Part shown: positions 19,560 through 30,484 of the stretch, in pieces
Numbering within the stretch: position 1 is the first letter of the stretch
Layout of the letters: each line of letters starts with the position of its first letter
From: Bacteroidota bacterium
GTDB taxonomy: Bacteria > Bacteroidota > Bacteroidia > Chitinophagales > Chitinophagaceae
Direction: 5' to 3'
Length of the DNA stretch: 64,000 bases
NCBI GenBank assembly: GCA_013289015.1
Contig: JABDAV010000006.1
Span: 653 to 64,652 of the forward strand
Notes under the pieces: model-generated
The model's input: the letters and a program-made list of their open reading frames with translations, nothing else
The model's database searches: none
What the model was told of the DNA's origin: nothing
Translations under genes and position numbers: made by a program

Positions 19560-19932
19560 TATTTATATGATATTTTATATAGTGGAAACAATTATCAATT
19601 TTCTGGTGAGAGTAGAAGATGCAGGATAACCGTCATGATAATAACATCACTTGTTTTGAAAATTTATTAAAAAATTTTTACACATCAACTTATTGAAAAT
19701 CAATGTTGTAAAATAAGCAGACTTTAATTTTCAAATATTTTTAAAAAAATATTTTGTTAATTCAATTTAACATCTCAATTTTATATCAGACTATTATTGT
19801 ATGGATGCCTTAAACAGAACCCTTATTGCTGCTTAAGCCTTGTGACTCTGGAATTTGAAAATAGCCTTTTACCGCTTTTCCTGTGAATTTTTATTTTTTA
19901 TTGCTTTAGCCCTGTTGCAACAGCTATGCAAT

Positions 19933-20292
19933 ATGTACAAAATTTATATAGCCTTTTGTACATGCCTGTTATTGTATGCGGGTATTGTACAAGCCCAAAA
20001 CGACAGTACCATAAATAAACTGTCCTCTGCTTTAGAAGTTGACGGCAAAACCATTGCCAGGCTGCAAAAGCAATATACTGCACTTGAGCCCAAACTCGAT
20101 AAACAGTCCGCTAAGCTTTTATTTAACATGCAGAGGAGCGAAGACAAGCTGCAAAGAAAGCTCAGTGGTGTTGACTGTCTCAAAGCAAAAACAATATTTA
20201 CAGATGATGTAAAACAACACTATACCGATCTGCAATCAGGCCTTTCAAAAGAAACAGATAGCTTAACCGTTATTCACTTTCCTAAAACTTAA
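19933..20292 (+). CDS. Short secreted helical protein, probably a truncated remnant
   Basis: Signal peptide from ATG 19933 (MYKIYIAF...VQAQ), helical body ending abruptly. Confidence 0.45.
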   Translation: MYKIYIAFCTCLLLYAGIVQAQNDSTINKLSSALEVDGKTIARLQKQYTALEPKLDKQSAKLLFNMQRSEDKLQRKLSGVDCLKAKTIFTDDVKQHYTDLQSGLSKETDSLTVIHFPKT

Positions 20293-20318
20293 AACTAACT
20301 TAACAAACATCATCGTTC

Positions 20319-21551
20319 ATGAAAAAATTATTTCTCATTTATCCTTTACTACTACATTTTTCATCTCTTTTGTTTTCTCAAAACAAATCAGATTCTATAA
20401 GAGTTGGGCTTATAAAAAATTACTATCAATTAGCCATAAAATTTAAAGAGGGAAAAGCCCTAAGCATGAATTATGACTCCGCTTTTAACTATTTTTCCAA
20501 AGCGGCAGCACTCGGCGATCCACAAAGTATATATGCGGTCGCATACATGTTTTATAAAGGGCTTGGTTGCAAACAAAATTATGATACTGCAGCACAGTTG
20601 TTTTCTAAAGGAGCCGCTTTAGGAAAAGACAACAGCCTCTATTTTTATGGTCTTTGCTGGCGCAATGGGTATGGACGGCCGAAAAATGAAGATAGCGCCA
20701 GATACTACTTGCAAAAATCTGCAGATTTAGGCTATCGGCAGGCAATAATGGAACTAGAATCAAAAGTTGCGGAAAATTCAAATGATTCGGCTGCAAAGGT
20801 ATTGCTTACGAAGTTAGATAATGCAGCGATTCCTGATAAAACAATGCCAAATCACTTTACAAAAATTCAACCACGTTTGCCATCTAAAGATATTATTGCA
20901 GGTGATTACAATGGCTGGTTAATCCAATATGATTGGAGTGGTAAATACATTATACAAATTAAAAAGCTTTTTTTAAATTTAAAATATTCTGACAAACAGC
21001 TAACTGGTAAATGGATTGAGAATGACAGTGATACTGCGAAAATTAACGGAGTGATCGTTGAAGATTCTGTTGTTTTTAATAAAACAAGTTATGGCCGTAC
21101 CGATCACTATAGCCCAAGCATTAAGATCAAATATAATTTTCAAAACGCAAAATTAAATTTGTTACAAGCTGGTGATAGCATTTTCATGGCCGGAGATGTT
21201 GATATGTTTTCTCCAATAAGAGGTGAGCCATCAAAACCAATGTTCGTTGTATTGGCAAGATCAGGACTCAAAAATCTAGATAGCTCATTCTTCAAAAACC
21301 TTGCGCTATCTGCCTATCCAAATCCTTTTATAAATACATTGACAGTCCAGTTTAATTTAATAAAAGCCGGAGCCGTTCGAATTGAGTTACTTAACATAGA
21401 TGGCTCGCTTATTTACCAAAATGATGCCGGAGTCCTTCAAAAAGGTACATACACTATTCCTATTTCGGGATTAGCAATTGCCAAAGGAATGTATTTGATA
21501 AAATTGGTGTTTGAGCGTGAGGACGCTACAATAAAAGTAATTAAACAATAG
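20319..21551 (+). CDS. Sel1-repeat protein with T9SS type-A C-terminal domain
   Basis: AFNYFSKAAALGD/YLQKSADLG repeats; AYPNPF...KGMYLIKL...IKVIKQ tail. Confidence 0.85.
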   Translation: MKKLFLIYPLLLHFSSLLFSQNKSDSIRVGLIKNYYQLAIKFKEGKALSMNYDSAFNYFSKAAALGDPQSIYAVAYMFYKGLGCKQNYDTAAQLFSKGAALGKDNSLYFYGLCWRNGYGRPKNEDSARYYLQKSADLGYRQAIMELESKVAENSNDSAAKVLLTKLDNAAIPDKTMPNHFTKIQPRLPSKDIIAGDYNGWLIQYDWSGKYIIQIKKLFLNLKYSDKQLTGKWIENDSDTAKINGVIVEDSVVFNKTSYGRTDHYSPSIKIKYNFQNAKLNLLQAGDSIFMAGDVDMFSPIRGEPSKPMFVVLARSGLKNLDSSFFKNLALSAYPNPFINTLTVQFNLIKAGAVRIELLNIDGSLIYQNDAGVLQKGTYTIPISGLAIAKGMYLIKLVFEREDATIKVIKQ

Positions 21552-21580
21552 AAACTTATATCGTCTGCACGCATAAAAAA

Positions 21581-24500
21581 TTGATGCTCATGAAATTTAT
21601 TTCAACTTTATATCGAATCTTAACATACATAATTTTTGCTCTTGTAATTAACCAGGCGCATGCCCAAACACTATATCCTCCGAAAGTACAAACTCCTAAT
21701 GCAACTGCTCTAGGCACTTTTGGAGAAGTGCCTGTTAATTTGTTTACTGGGACTCCGGATATAAGTATTCCGCTATACGCATTGAATTATGGTAATATCA
21801 GTGTTCCAATTAATCTTCGATATAATACTGCTGCAGTCAAACCAGGGCAGATGCCAGGTTGGGTAGGTAGCGGATGGGATTTAGAAAGCATCGGTTCGAT
21901 CTCGAGGCAGGTTCGAGGTTCGCTTGACGAATTTTATCTTGATGGTTCAGCAGGGAATCCCACTGGACCTAATGTTGGTTATTATTATCCCTACCCCGGT
22001 CAAACAACTACTCCTGGAAGCCAATATGCGAACCAATCAAACTGGAATGCAAATAGTCAATTAGTTTACGATTTTACTGGGCATACTGGCATTGGTGGGA
22101 TGGATGTTCAAGCAGACGAATTTTCGTTTAATGTTATGGGGCATAGTGGAAAATTTTATTATTCAGGCGTCACTAAAGGATGGCAGGTTGTGTCTGATGA
22201 AAATATCACAGTAGCACCTTTTAGTTGGTTTGAAAGCCCTGTCAACATACGAAATGCCATTAATCAATTCAGTTTTTCCGGCAGTGTTGTAATTTCCGCT
22301 AATCAATCAAGAATGTTCAGTGGATTCGTATTAACAGTGCCTGATGGCACAAAGTATTATTTCGGGGATGTTGATAATTCTGGAAACGCCGACGGCATTG
22401 AGTTTTCATCACCGTTTATGTCTCATGATGCATCTGGTAATGGTAATGCCACTCCAGAGTTCACCGCAAACACCTGGCTTCTAAAAAAAATAGTTGATGC
22501 AAATAATAATGTAGTAAGTTTTTCTTATCAAAGAAAGAATGCGACCTGCAATTTAGATATCGGATTTTTTGAAGTAAATGCATCATGTGCGCAAAGCAAT
22601 ACTCAATGGACTACCTTTCTTTGGGGGTATTTGTTTGGAGCTCCGATGATTGGAAGTTCTGCTACTTATAGTAGCGATTATGTGAATACCCAAAAGCGTT
22701 TTGGAGCGTTTGAGTGGCCTATGTATTTAACAACCATTTCAAGCCCTAATGAGAATATCAATTTTTCCTTTTCGAACGCTAGTTGTTACCATTACAGCAA
22801 TAACCAAATATATTATATAGACCAATCAAACACAACCGGCGGGGGCTTTTATGCTGATAATATGCTAATCAATTTAAATCCTCAATACGTGCAGTGGGAA
22901 AAGCTAGACAAAATTGTTGTGAAAGATAATCCTGGTGGCGTTGGTCTTTCCAGTACTGCCCCAAAAACAATAAAACAGTTTGCATTTGCATATTCCAACA
23001 CAGCAGCCCAAAGACTAATGTTGGGCTCTCTTCAACTTTTAGACGCTCAAAGCAATCTGGTAAGCCAATATAAATTTTACTATAATAGTGATTTAATAAG
23101 TACAAATTCTGGTTTATGTGCTGATGGCAACTATACAGATCACTGGGGTTATTTTAACAACGTTGATATATCGAATGCCAGGTATGCCAATATTTATACC
23201 GACAAACAGCCAAGCTCAACAGCAGTAACTGCTGAACTGTTAAATAAGATGGTTTACCCTACAGGTGGTTACTCAGCTTTCACTTGGGAGCCGAACGATT
23301 ATGCAAATGTGGTCAGTTTAGATCGTCAATCTTTAATTTCTTATCAATCAGCAATTTCTCCTTTAAGTGGCACTGGTGGCGGGGTACGGGTTGCCGAAAT
23401 TAAAAATTGCTTTTCAGATGGTACTGTAGTTACAGATAAAAAGTATTATTATAAAAAGAATTATACCGCAGGTTCTAATTTGAGCACTTTAAGCTCGAGC
23501 GGGGTATTGAACGGAGTTCCTCAATATTCTTTTACTTTAACAAACCGAACCGGGGTTTTGGGTCATACAATAAATAATTATCAAGCTACATCACTTTTTG
23601 GAACACAAAATTATGGTTATGCCGGTAGTGGTTCACCGGTTGGATATGATGAGGTAAGTGAAGTAAATCTAGATGTATCTTATTCCAAAACATATTTTAC
23701 TAACTACGGAAATGATTACAATAATGTAACTCATTTCGATCAGGCTCCATCTGGGTTTCTGGGGTGGATTTCTGGAACAGACACCTACTTTCCCATGTCT
23801 TCTTTAGATTTGGAACGAGGAAAGCCAGTTGCAATCAACGACTATAAAAGTAATAATACTCTCGTACATTCTCAAGTTTTAACTTACAGAAATGACGCAG
23901 CACGTTTTAATAATTCAGTTAATTTGATAGATTTAAATGCCTCATATGGCTCATCTGATTGCACTGATGCATTGGTATTGGCATCAGCACATTCAATTTT
24001 TAATTATTCATATTATCCAATTACTAAAAAGGAAACTACTTATGATCAAAATGGCGCAAACCCTGTAACTGAAATCGAAAATTTTACTGCTTACAATTCT
24101 AACAATCTTTTGCAAACAAAAAATTCAACTAATAGTAAGGGAGAAACTGTTACAACTGCATACACATACCCAACTGATTACCCTTCAACCGCGCCGTATT
24201 CTAGTATGAATACGTCACATATAATTAATCCGGTAATCAGTACAACCGTAACCACAGTACCGTTAGGAACCAGCACGACTACACCGGTATCAAAATTCAT
24301 TAAAAATTATTCTCAACCTTACTCAGGTATATTTGTTCCACAAAATATACAAATAAAAGTAGCTGGTAATGCAATCGAAACTCGCGAACAAGTAAACGCA
24401 TTTGACAGTAAAGGTCATCCGTTAGAAATTCAAAAGCCGAATGGTGTTAAAGAAATTTATTTGTGGGGCTGTAATTCTCAATATATTCTGGCAGATATTG

Positions 24501-25633
24501 TTAGTTCAGATTATAATTATTCATCTGCAAACGGCTTGGTTACTGCATCAGTTTTAAATCAGGGAGGAATGGGGACAGGTAGTGGTAGTGTTACTGATGC
24601 GACTGTAAGAGATGAATTGAATAAACTCAGAAAAGGCCTTCCTAACGCATTGGTCACGACTTTTACTTATGCAGAGGGAATAGGTATTACATCTGAAACT
24701 GATCCTGCCGGCCGGACCATGTATTATGATTATGATTTATTCAATAGACTAATCGACATCCGAGATCAAGACAACAACATCATAAAAAGATTTTGCTACA
24801 ATTACGCTGGCCAAGCGGACAATTGTTCTAATGTAGGATTTGGAAATACAATTAAAACCGGAAGTTTTACAAGTACAAATACCTGTGCCGCTGGGACAAG
24901 TCCTGCAACTGTTTCTTATACAGTTCCCGCAAATACCTATTACGCGCAAGACCAAGCCACCGCAGATGCAATGGCGACATCAGCATTAAATTCTCAGGGT
25001 CAAGCATTGGCAAATTCAATTCCTTGTCAAGCTTCGATTACAGGCACTAACACAAGCGGAATTCCATGGAATGGAACAATGACTAACAATTCCACTAATG
25101 CAAATTATACCTTTAATTTATATCCTAACTATAGTGCTACTCCAATGGTTACAATTCCGGTTGGAACATATAATCTTGTTGTAACGCCGACACCGACTCA
25201 ATCCTCGCCTCTTAATTTGACCATCAATGGTACAACTTACTCGGGCACTAGCTTCAATCTTTCGAATATTAGTATAACAACCAGTACCGATATAAAAGTT
25301 GCAAATCAAACAGGTGCGGGTTCCTGTACAGTGTCAATGTCAACTGGTTTTACTAGCCCAACTAATGGACTCAGCAATAATGGAACATCAGTTAATGGCT
25401 ACCTTGTTTTTTATTCAAATAGCACAATGTCTCAAGGTAATTCTTACCTAATAGGTACTATCAGTGGTACTTGCAGACCATCTGCCATGAGAAGTTTTAG
25501 CACTACGTCCAATGGAACAACCTGGACCGTTACCGTCTCTCAGAGTGGCGCTATTTCCGTACAAATGGCTTATGGCTCAGCATCTGTGTCGGCAGGTTCA
25601 ACGGTTAATCTAACTATTTCCTACAATCTCTAA
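21581..25633 (+). CDS. YD-repeat/RHS-associated protein with DUF5977-like domain
   Basis: Signal peptide, VNLFTGTPDISIPLY, DHWGY, YPTGGYSAF, YDLFNRLIDIRD. Confidence 0.8.
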   Translation: MMLMKFISTLYRILTYIIFALVINQAHAQTLYPPKVQTPNATALGTFGEVPVNLFTGTPDISIPLYALNYGNISVPINLRYNTAAVKPGQMPGWVGSGWDLESIGSISRQVRGSLDEFYLDGSAGNPTGPNVGYYYPYPGQTTTPGSQYANQSNWNANSQLVYDFTGHTGIGGMDVQADEFSFNVMGHSGKFYYSGVTKGWQVVSDENITVAPFSWFESPVNIRNAINQFSFSGSVVISANQSRMFSGFVLTVPDGTKYYFGDVDNSGNADGIEFSSPFMSHDASGNGNATPEFTANTWLLKKIVDANNNVVSFSYQRKNATCNLDIGFFEVNASCAQSNTQWTTFLWGYLFGAPMIGSSATYSSDYVNTQKRFGAFEWPMYLTTISSPNENINFSFSNASCYHYSNNQIYYIDQSNTTGGGFYADNMLINLNPQYVQWEKLDKIVVKDNPGGVGLSSTAPKTIKQFAFAYSNTAAQRLMLGSLQLLDAQSNLVSQYKFYYNSDLISTNSGLCADGNYTDHWGYFNNVDISNARYANIYTDKQPSSTAVTAELLNKMVYPTGGYSAFTWEPNDYANVVSLDRQSLISYQSAISPLSGTGGGVRVAEIKNCFSDGTVVTDKKYYYKKNYTAGSNLSTLSSSGVLNGVPQYSFTLTNRTGVLGHTINNYQATSLFGTQNYGYAGSGSPVGYDEVSEVNLDVSYSKTYFTNYGNDYNNVTHFDQAPSGFLGWISGTDTYFPMSSLDLERGKPVAINDYKSNNTLVHSQVLTYRNDAARFNNSVNLIDLNASYGSSDCTDALVLASAHSIFNYSYYPITKKETTYDQNGANPVTEIENFTAYNSNNLLQTKNSTNSKGETVTTAYTYPTDYPSTAPYSSMNTSHIINPVISTTVTTVPLGTSTTTPVSKFIKNYSQPYSGIFVPQNIQIKVAGNAIETREQVNAFDSKGHPLEIQKPNGVKEIYLWGCNSQYILADIVSSDYNYSSANGLVTASVLNQGGMGTGSGSVTDATVRDELNKLRKGLPNALVTTFTYAEGIGITSETDPAGRTMYYDYDLFNRLIDIRDQDNNIIKRFCYNYAGQADNCSNVGFGNTIKTGSFTSTNTCAAGTSPATVSYTVPANTYYAQDQATADAMATSALNSQGQALANSIPCQASITGTNTSGIPWNGTMTNNSTNANYTFNLYPNYSATPMVTIPVGTYNLVVTPTPTQSSPLNLTINGTTYSGTSFNLSNISITTSTDIKVANQTGAGSCTVSMSTGFTSPTNGLSNNGTSVNGYLVFYSNSTMSQGNSYLIGTISGTCRPSAMRSFSTTSNGTTWTVTVSQSGAISVQMAYGSASVSAGSTVNLTISYNL

Positions 25634-25644
25634 AGTTTCGAATT

Positions 25645-26097
25645 ATGAATATAAATTTTTCAAGATTAAGATGCATTTTTATATCTATCATGCTAACTTT
25701 TTTTGCTACTCAAACCAAGGCTCAAACCGATAGCACATCTCAAACTGACAGTATCGCTTTTGCCGCAGCTGATACAAGCCGTTTTTCGCCGAACATTGAT
25801 GAAGGCTGGCAACTATTCAACTCATACGTAACCAATCTTCAGAATGACAGTGCCAGACTTGAATTAATAATTCAGCATACCAATAACATTAACTGGACAG
25901 TTGACCAGTATGTTGGTGTCATTTCAGATTCATCATTGATACCAAGTGAGGAACAAGATGTGCCCTTCAGCTTACTAACAAATAATTACAACTTACGAAT
26001 TGATACTGCCGGGAAATGTTACATACGGTTTGTAAATGGAGATTTACCAACTGATGACCCTTTTGTAATACCATTAAAACTAATATATAAACTGTGA
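25645..26097 (+). CDS. Secreted hypothetical protein in RHS operon
   Basis: Signal peptide, tight operon spacing. Confidence 0.7.
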   Translation: MNINFSRLRCIFISIMLTFFATQTKAQTDSTSQTDSIAFAAADTSRFSPNIDEGWQLFNSYVTNLQNDSARLELIIQHTNNINWTVDQYVGVISDSSLIPSEEQDVPFSLLTNNYNLRIDTAGKCYIRFVNGDLPTDDPFVIPLKLIYKL

Positions 26098-26103
26098 GAA
26101 AAA

Positions 26104-29100
26104 ATGAATATAAAAAACATTTATTTCATCTCTTTGGTTGCGTGCATGATCTTGTTTCAGAGCCTGCAAGCGCAAATCAATTACATCCGCACATGGGCGG
26201 CAACTGCTCCTCAGACAGACCCAAATGCAATTATTAGTCAACCTCTCAGTGTCGTAAAACAGACAACACAATATTATGATGGTTTAGGGAGACCCATTCA
26301 AACCGTGTCTAAGCAAGGTTCATTAGAAACATCTTCAGGTAATGCTTATGATTTGGTTTCAGTACTTACATATGATAACATGGGAAGGCAAAATGTTGCC
26401 TATTTACCGTATGTTGCCTCAGGCTCAGATGGAAGTTATAAAACCGATGCTTCTACTGCGCAACCCGCATTTTATAATAGCAGTACTTCGCCAATCGCTG
26501 GACAAGGTGAAAGTGGCACAAATGCACATTCACAAATAAACTACGAATTGTCACCTTTGAGTAGACCACTCTTATCTATGGCTGCAGGCAACAACTGGGT
26601 GGGCAGTTCTAGAGGAATCGGTATTGGGTATTTTGCAAATACAACTACTGATGACGTTAAAATATGGACTGTCACTAATGCTGCTTTAGGTTCCTGGGGT
26701 ACTTATACAATGTATGGAGCATATGCAGCAGGAGCACTTTTTAAGACGATTACCACAGACGAAAACGGCCACCAAGTGGTAGAATTCAAAGATAAAGATG
26801 ACAAGATTGTTTTAAAAAAAGTACAGCTGACTGCAACAGATAACGGCAGCGGTTCTGGATATCCGGGTTGGTTATGCACTTATTATATTTATGATATTTT
26901 GAATAACTTACGTTGTGTAGTGCAACCCGCCGGCGTGCAAACACTTTCAACTAACGGATGGAGCATGACGGCTACTTCTACATTACTTTCTGAGCAGTGC
27001 TTTCGTTATGAATATGATCAAAGAAATCGTTTGGTAATGAAACAGGTACCCGGCGCCCAGCCAACGTATATGGTTTACGATAATATAGATAGGCTAATAA
27101 TGACCCAAGATGCTAATATGCGCAGTACTAGTAAATGGTTAGTAACAGTATATGATAACTTCAATCGTCCAATCAAAACCGGGCTACTTAATGATGGTAA
27201 TGGATTAGCTACCGAAATAACAAATGCTTATAACAGCGTAACTTATCCAAATATATCATCCGGATTTGAATTGCTAACTCAAACACACTATGACGATTAT
27301 AGCAGCTTACCAACGAATAGTCCTGCTGGTTTAACTTCCACTTATCAAACAACCTGGAATGCCCAATTTACGGCCACCAATTTAACAGCTGCACCTTATC
27401 CAGTGATGCCGACTCAAAACAGTACGTATACAACAAAGGGATTAGTTACGTGGAGCCAAGTAGAAGTCTTGGGTAGCGGTGGGGCAACTTACCTAACAAC
27501 AGTAAATATCTATGATGACAAAGCACGAACTATACAAATACAAACACAAAATTATAGCGGCGGTATTGATGTAACAACTAGTCAATACAACTGGAGCGGC
27601 CAACCTTTAACAACCGTGCACAAAGAACAAAAAGCGGGCACTAATGCTCAAACAACTGTAACGGTCAGCCATATGTATTATGATGATCTCAGCAGGCTGA
27701 TTAAAACAACAAAACAAATACAAAATACCTTAGTAAACAGTAACGCGCTTACGGCGGAAAATAATATTTCTGTAATACAATATGATAAATTAGGTCAATT
27801 AGACACAAAAAACCTCGGCAACACTAAAAGTGGAAGTAACTACACGACGACACCCCTAGAAACTCTAAATTACGATTATAACATTCGTGGCTGGTTACTA
27901 GGAGTAAATAGAGCTTTTGTAAGAGATTTGTCGACAGCAAACGGAACGACAAACAGCGGAGAAACATTCACTACTCCTCCTACATATAGCGCGGGCAACT
28001 ATTTCGGTTTTGAACTTGGCTATGATAAAAGCCCAACCGTTGGCAGTTCAACTTGGACTGGTACGACGCAGTATAACGGTAATATAACAGGCACAATTTG
28101 GAAAAGCGTGCATGACGGGCAAATACGGAAATATGATTACAGTTATGATGCCGCAAACCGGTTGACAGCAGCAAATTTTACGCAATACACTGGCACAAGT
28201 TTTAATCAAAATGCCGGTATCGTGTACACGGTTAATAATTTGAGCTATGACGCTAATGGAAATCTTATAACAATGAATCAGTATGGGCTATTGACGGCCA
28301 CTGCTACTTCCTCTAGCCTAATCGATCAATTAACCTATACATCAATTCCGGGGACAAATAGGTTGCAGGCAGTGACGGATGGCGTCAATAATTATTCAAG
28401 TACACTTGGAGATTTTAAATATAATACAGCAACTAAAACAGCCACAGATTACACTTATGATAACAATGGAAATTTAATTGGCGATAAGAATAAAAATATT
28501 TCAAGCATCAGCTACAACTATTTAAATTTACCACAAACAATATCAGTCAGTGGAAAAGGTACTATAACATATACATATGATGCGGCCGGTAACAAACTGC
28601 AAAAACAGGTTGTAGAAGGCAGCACCACTACCACAACTTTATATGGAAGTGGGATAATGTATGTAAATAATACTCTGCAATATATTACACATGAAGAAGG
28701 AAGAATAAGAGTAAATGGAACAAATAACGGTTACGTATTTGATTATTTTTTAAGAGATAATTTGGGCAATACAAGAATGACAATAACTGATGATAATACT
28801 GTTTCAAAACCTGTGATTGATGCTACATCTTACTATCCATTTGGATTAGTAATGGCTGAGTTAAGTAGCAAAACTGCTGGAACATTGGAGAATAAATTTA
28901 AATACAACGGTAAAGAATTACAGAATAAAGAGTTTTCTGATGGTTCAGGTCTTGAACTATATGACTATGGTGCAAGAATGCAGGACCCGGAGTTAGGAAG
29001 GTGGTGGACGATTGACCCGCATTCAAATAATTATTATTCACTGTCGCCATATGAATATGCTGCAAATAACCCACTTATTTTTGTAGATCCTAATGGAAAG

Positions 29101-29694
29101 GATATAGTAATTACAGGTCGCGATAAATTTAAAGCCAAAACTTTCAATGCACTTCAAAAATTATCTAACAAACAACTGGTTTTAATGAAGAATGGTGAAG
29201 TTCGAATCGCTAATAATTTAACCAACAAAGAAAGATTAAATATTCAAATATGCGGAGTTCCGAATGACTCTAAAAAATTATCAGTTGGAACTGCTTTAGT
29301 AAGTGATTTAATTTCTTCTAAGAAAACTGTAGATATAACTAAAACTAAGGATGGTAATGAAACTTTAGCTAGTAATGCAACTGATGCACAAACACCTGGG
29401 AAAGGTACAAGCAGCACAATTTCTTACAATCCTAATACTACTGAATCCGGACCTGATGGTATTGTAAATGCAGACGGAAGCACTGGTCGTCCACCAGAGA
29501 TAGGCTTAGGTCATGAATTGTTTCATGCTCAAGATATGAAAGATGGAACGTATGATGCTACGATTGATCCAAATAAAACTGATCCAGATAGTAAACAAAA
29601 AGGAGTTTTAGATAAAGAAGAAATATCAGTAAGAAAAAAAGATTCTGAACTTAGAGAAGAACAAGGAGTAGTGGAAAGAAAACAACCTTATTAA
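26104..29694 (+). CDS. DUF6443-type RHS toxin with C-terminal HExxH metallopeptidase
   Basis: QYYDGLGRPIQ, YYPFG, YKYNGKE-like motif, NNPLIFVDPNG core end; toxin GLGHELFHA. Confidence 0.88.
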   Translation: MNIKNIYFISLVACMILFQSLQAQINYIRTWAATAPQTDPNAIISQPLSVVKQTTQYYDGLGRPIQTVSKQGSLETSSGNAYDLVSVLTYDNMGRQNVAYLPYVASGSDGSYKTDASTAQPAFYNSSTSPIAGQGESGTNAHSQINYELSPLSRPLLSMAAGNNWVGSSRGIGIGYFANTTTDDVKIWTVTNAALGSWGTYTMYGAYAAGALFKTITTDENGHQVVEFKDKDDKIVLKKVQLTATDNGSGSGYPGWLCTYYIYDILNNLRCVVQPAGVQTLSTNGWSMTATSTLLSEQCFRYEYDQRNRLVMKQVPGAQPTYMVYDNIDRLIMTQDANMRSTSKWLVTVYDNFNRPIKTGLLNDGNGLATEITNAYNSVTYPNISSGFELLTQTHYDDYSSLPTNSPAGLTSTYQTTWNAQFTATNLTAAPYPVMPTQNSTYTTKGLVTWSQVEVLGSGGATYLTTVNIYDDKARTIQIQTQNYSGGIDVTTSQYNWSGQPLTTVHKEQKAGTNAQTTVTVSHMYYDDLSRLIKTTKQIQNTLVNSNALTAENNISVIQYDKLGQLDTKNLGNTKSGSNYTTTPLETLNYDYNIRGWLLGVNRAFVRDLSTANGTTNSGETFTTPPTYSAGNYFGFELGYDKSPTVGSSTWTGTTQYNGNITGTIWKSVHDGQIRKYDYSYDAANRLTAANFTQYTGTSFNQNAGIVYTVNNLSYDANGNLITMNQYGLLTATATSSSLIDQLTYTSIPGTNRLQAVTDGVNNYSSTLGDFKYNTATKTATDYTYDNNGNLIGDKNKNISSISYNYLNLPQTISVSGKGTITYTYDAAGNKLQKQVVEGSTTTTTLYGSGIMYVNNTLQYITHEEGRIRVNGTNNGYVFDYFLRDNLGNTRMTITDDNTVSKPVIDATSYYPFGLVMAELSSKTAGTLENKFKYNGKELQNKEFSDGSGLELYDYGARMQDPELGRWWTIDPHSNNYYSLSPYEYAANNPLIFVDPNGKDIVITGRDKFKAKTFNALQKLSNKQLVLMKNGEVRIANNLTNKERLNIQICGVPNDSKKLSVGTALVSDLISSKKTVDITKTKDGNETLASNATDAQTPGKGTSSTISYNPNTTESGPDGIVNADGSTGRPPEIGLGHELFHAQDMKDGTYDATIDPNKTDPDSKQKGVLDKEEISVRKKDSELREEQGVVERKQPY

Positions 29695-29713
29695 AATTAA
29701 CATCAATAATTAT

Positions 29714-30334
29714 ATGCATTTTCATTTAAGCTATTTACAATATATTTTTTTATTTTTTTCTTGTAATAATATTGAAAACAGTAATCAAAAAATCGAAAAC
29801 ATTGATTCAGTTTTTATTAATTGGAATAAAGCCACTTTACAATCTTTAAATAATCAAATAGGTTTAGTTCATGACAGTTCAAGAATAAATACTTATGAAA
29901 ACAGATTGAAAGCTTTTAAAGCTTTTGTAGGAATAGAAAATGAGAATACAATCAATATTAATTCTATACGATATAATTTTTTAAAGGAAATAATAAATAA
30001 CAATTATCTTCAAAAAGATTTATATATAATTGAAGCAAACCGTTCTGGGGAAAAGGTTGAGATAAGAAATTTCTTGTTTTATCTAGATAATAACGGCAAA
30101 ACTAATGTAGAAGTTTATACTTTTAATAATGGCAAATGGATTAAAAAAGATGTGGTTAAAAAACAAACTTTACGACTTAATGATAACTTAAAAAATTACC
30201 TTACAGATTTTGGATTCGGATTCAATCCATATGATGTTACAATTACTCACTTTGTTAACAATACTGTAATAGCGTCCGAATATTATCTATACACAACTTT
30301 GTCGAAAGCAAGCAATCTTCAATCTATACTATAA
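29714..30334 (+). CDS. Putative immunity lipoprotein
   Basis: Directly downstream of toxin, very AT-rich, FFSC lipobox-like. Confidence 0.6.
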   Translation: MHFHLSYLQYIFLFFSCNNIENSNQKIENIDSVFINWNKATLQSLNNQIGLVHDSSRINTYENRLKAFKAFVGIENENTININSIRYNFLKEIINNNYLQKDLYIIEANRSGEKVEIRNFLFYLDNNGKTNVEVYTFNNGKWIKKDVVKKQTLRLNDNLKNYLTDFGFGFNPYDVTITHFVNNTVIASEYYLYTTLSKASNLQSIL

Positions 30335-30424
30335 ATCTTTAAAAAGGCTTTGACGATTACTGCATGGTCGCCACAAAATCTTTAAACTTTTTTTAGTAAC
30401 GACAGTATTAATTAAGCCGAAGAC

Positions 30425-30484
30425 TTAGGTCTCCCTTAGAAAGTGTCGGCAAGTAATTCGCCAAACCATTGCAGGAAAAAGCAA
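30425..30484 (+). repeat. Cassette-boundary repeat R4
   Basis: ttaggtctcccttagaaagtgtcggcaagtaattcgccaaaccattgcaggaaaaagcaa, 90 bp after the 30334 stop. Confidence 0.9.

Noticed and set aside
14168-30484. R1-R4 as a CRISPR array or classical integron attC sites
   Set aside because: Spacing is 1-11 kb with genes between, there are no cas genes, the RYYYAAC/GTTRRRY ends are missing, and no IntI-type integrase is recognisable
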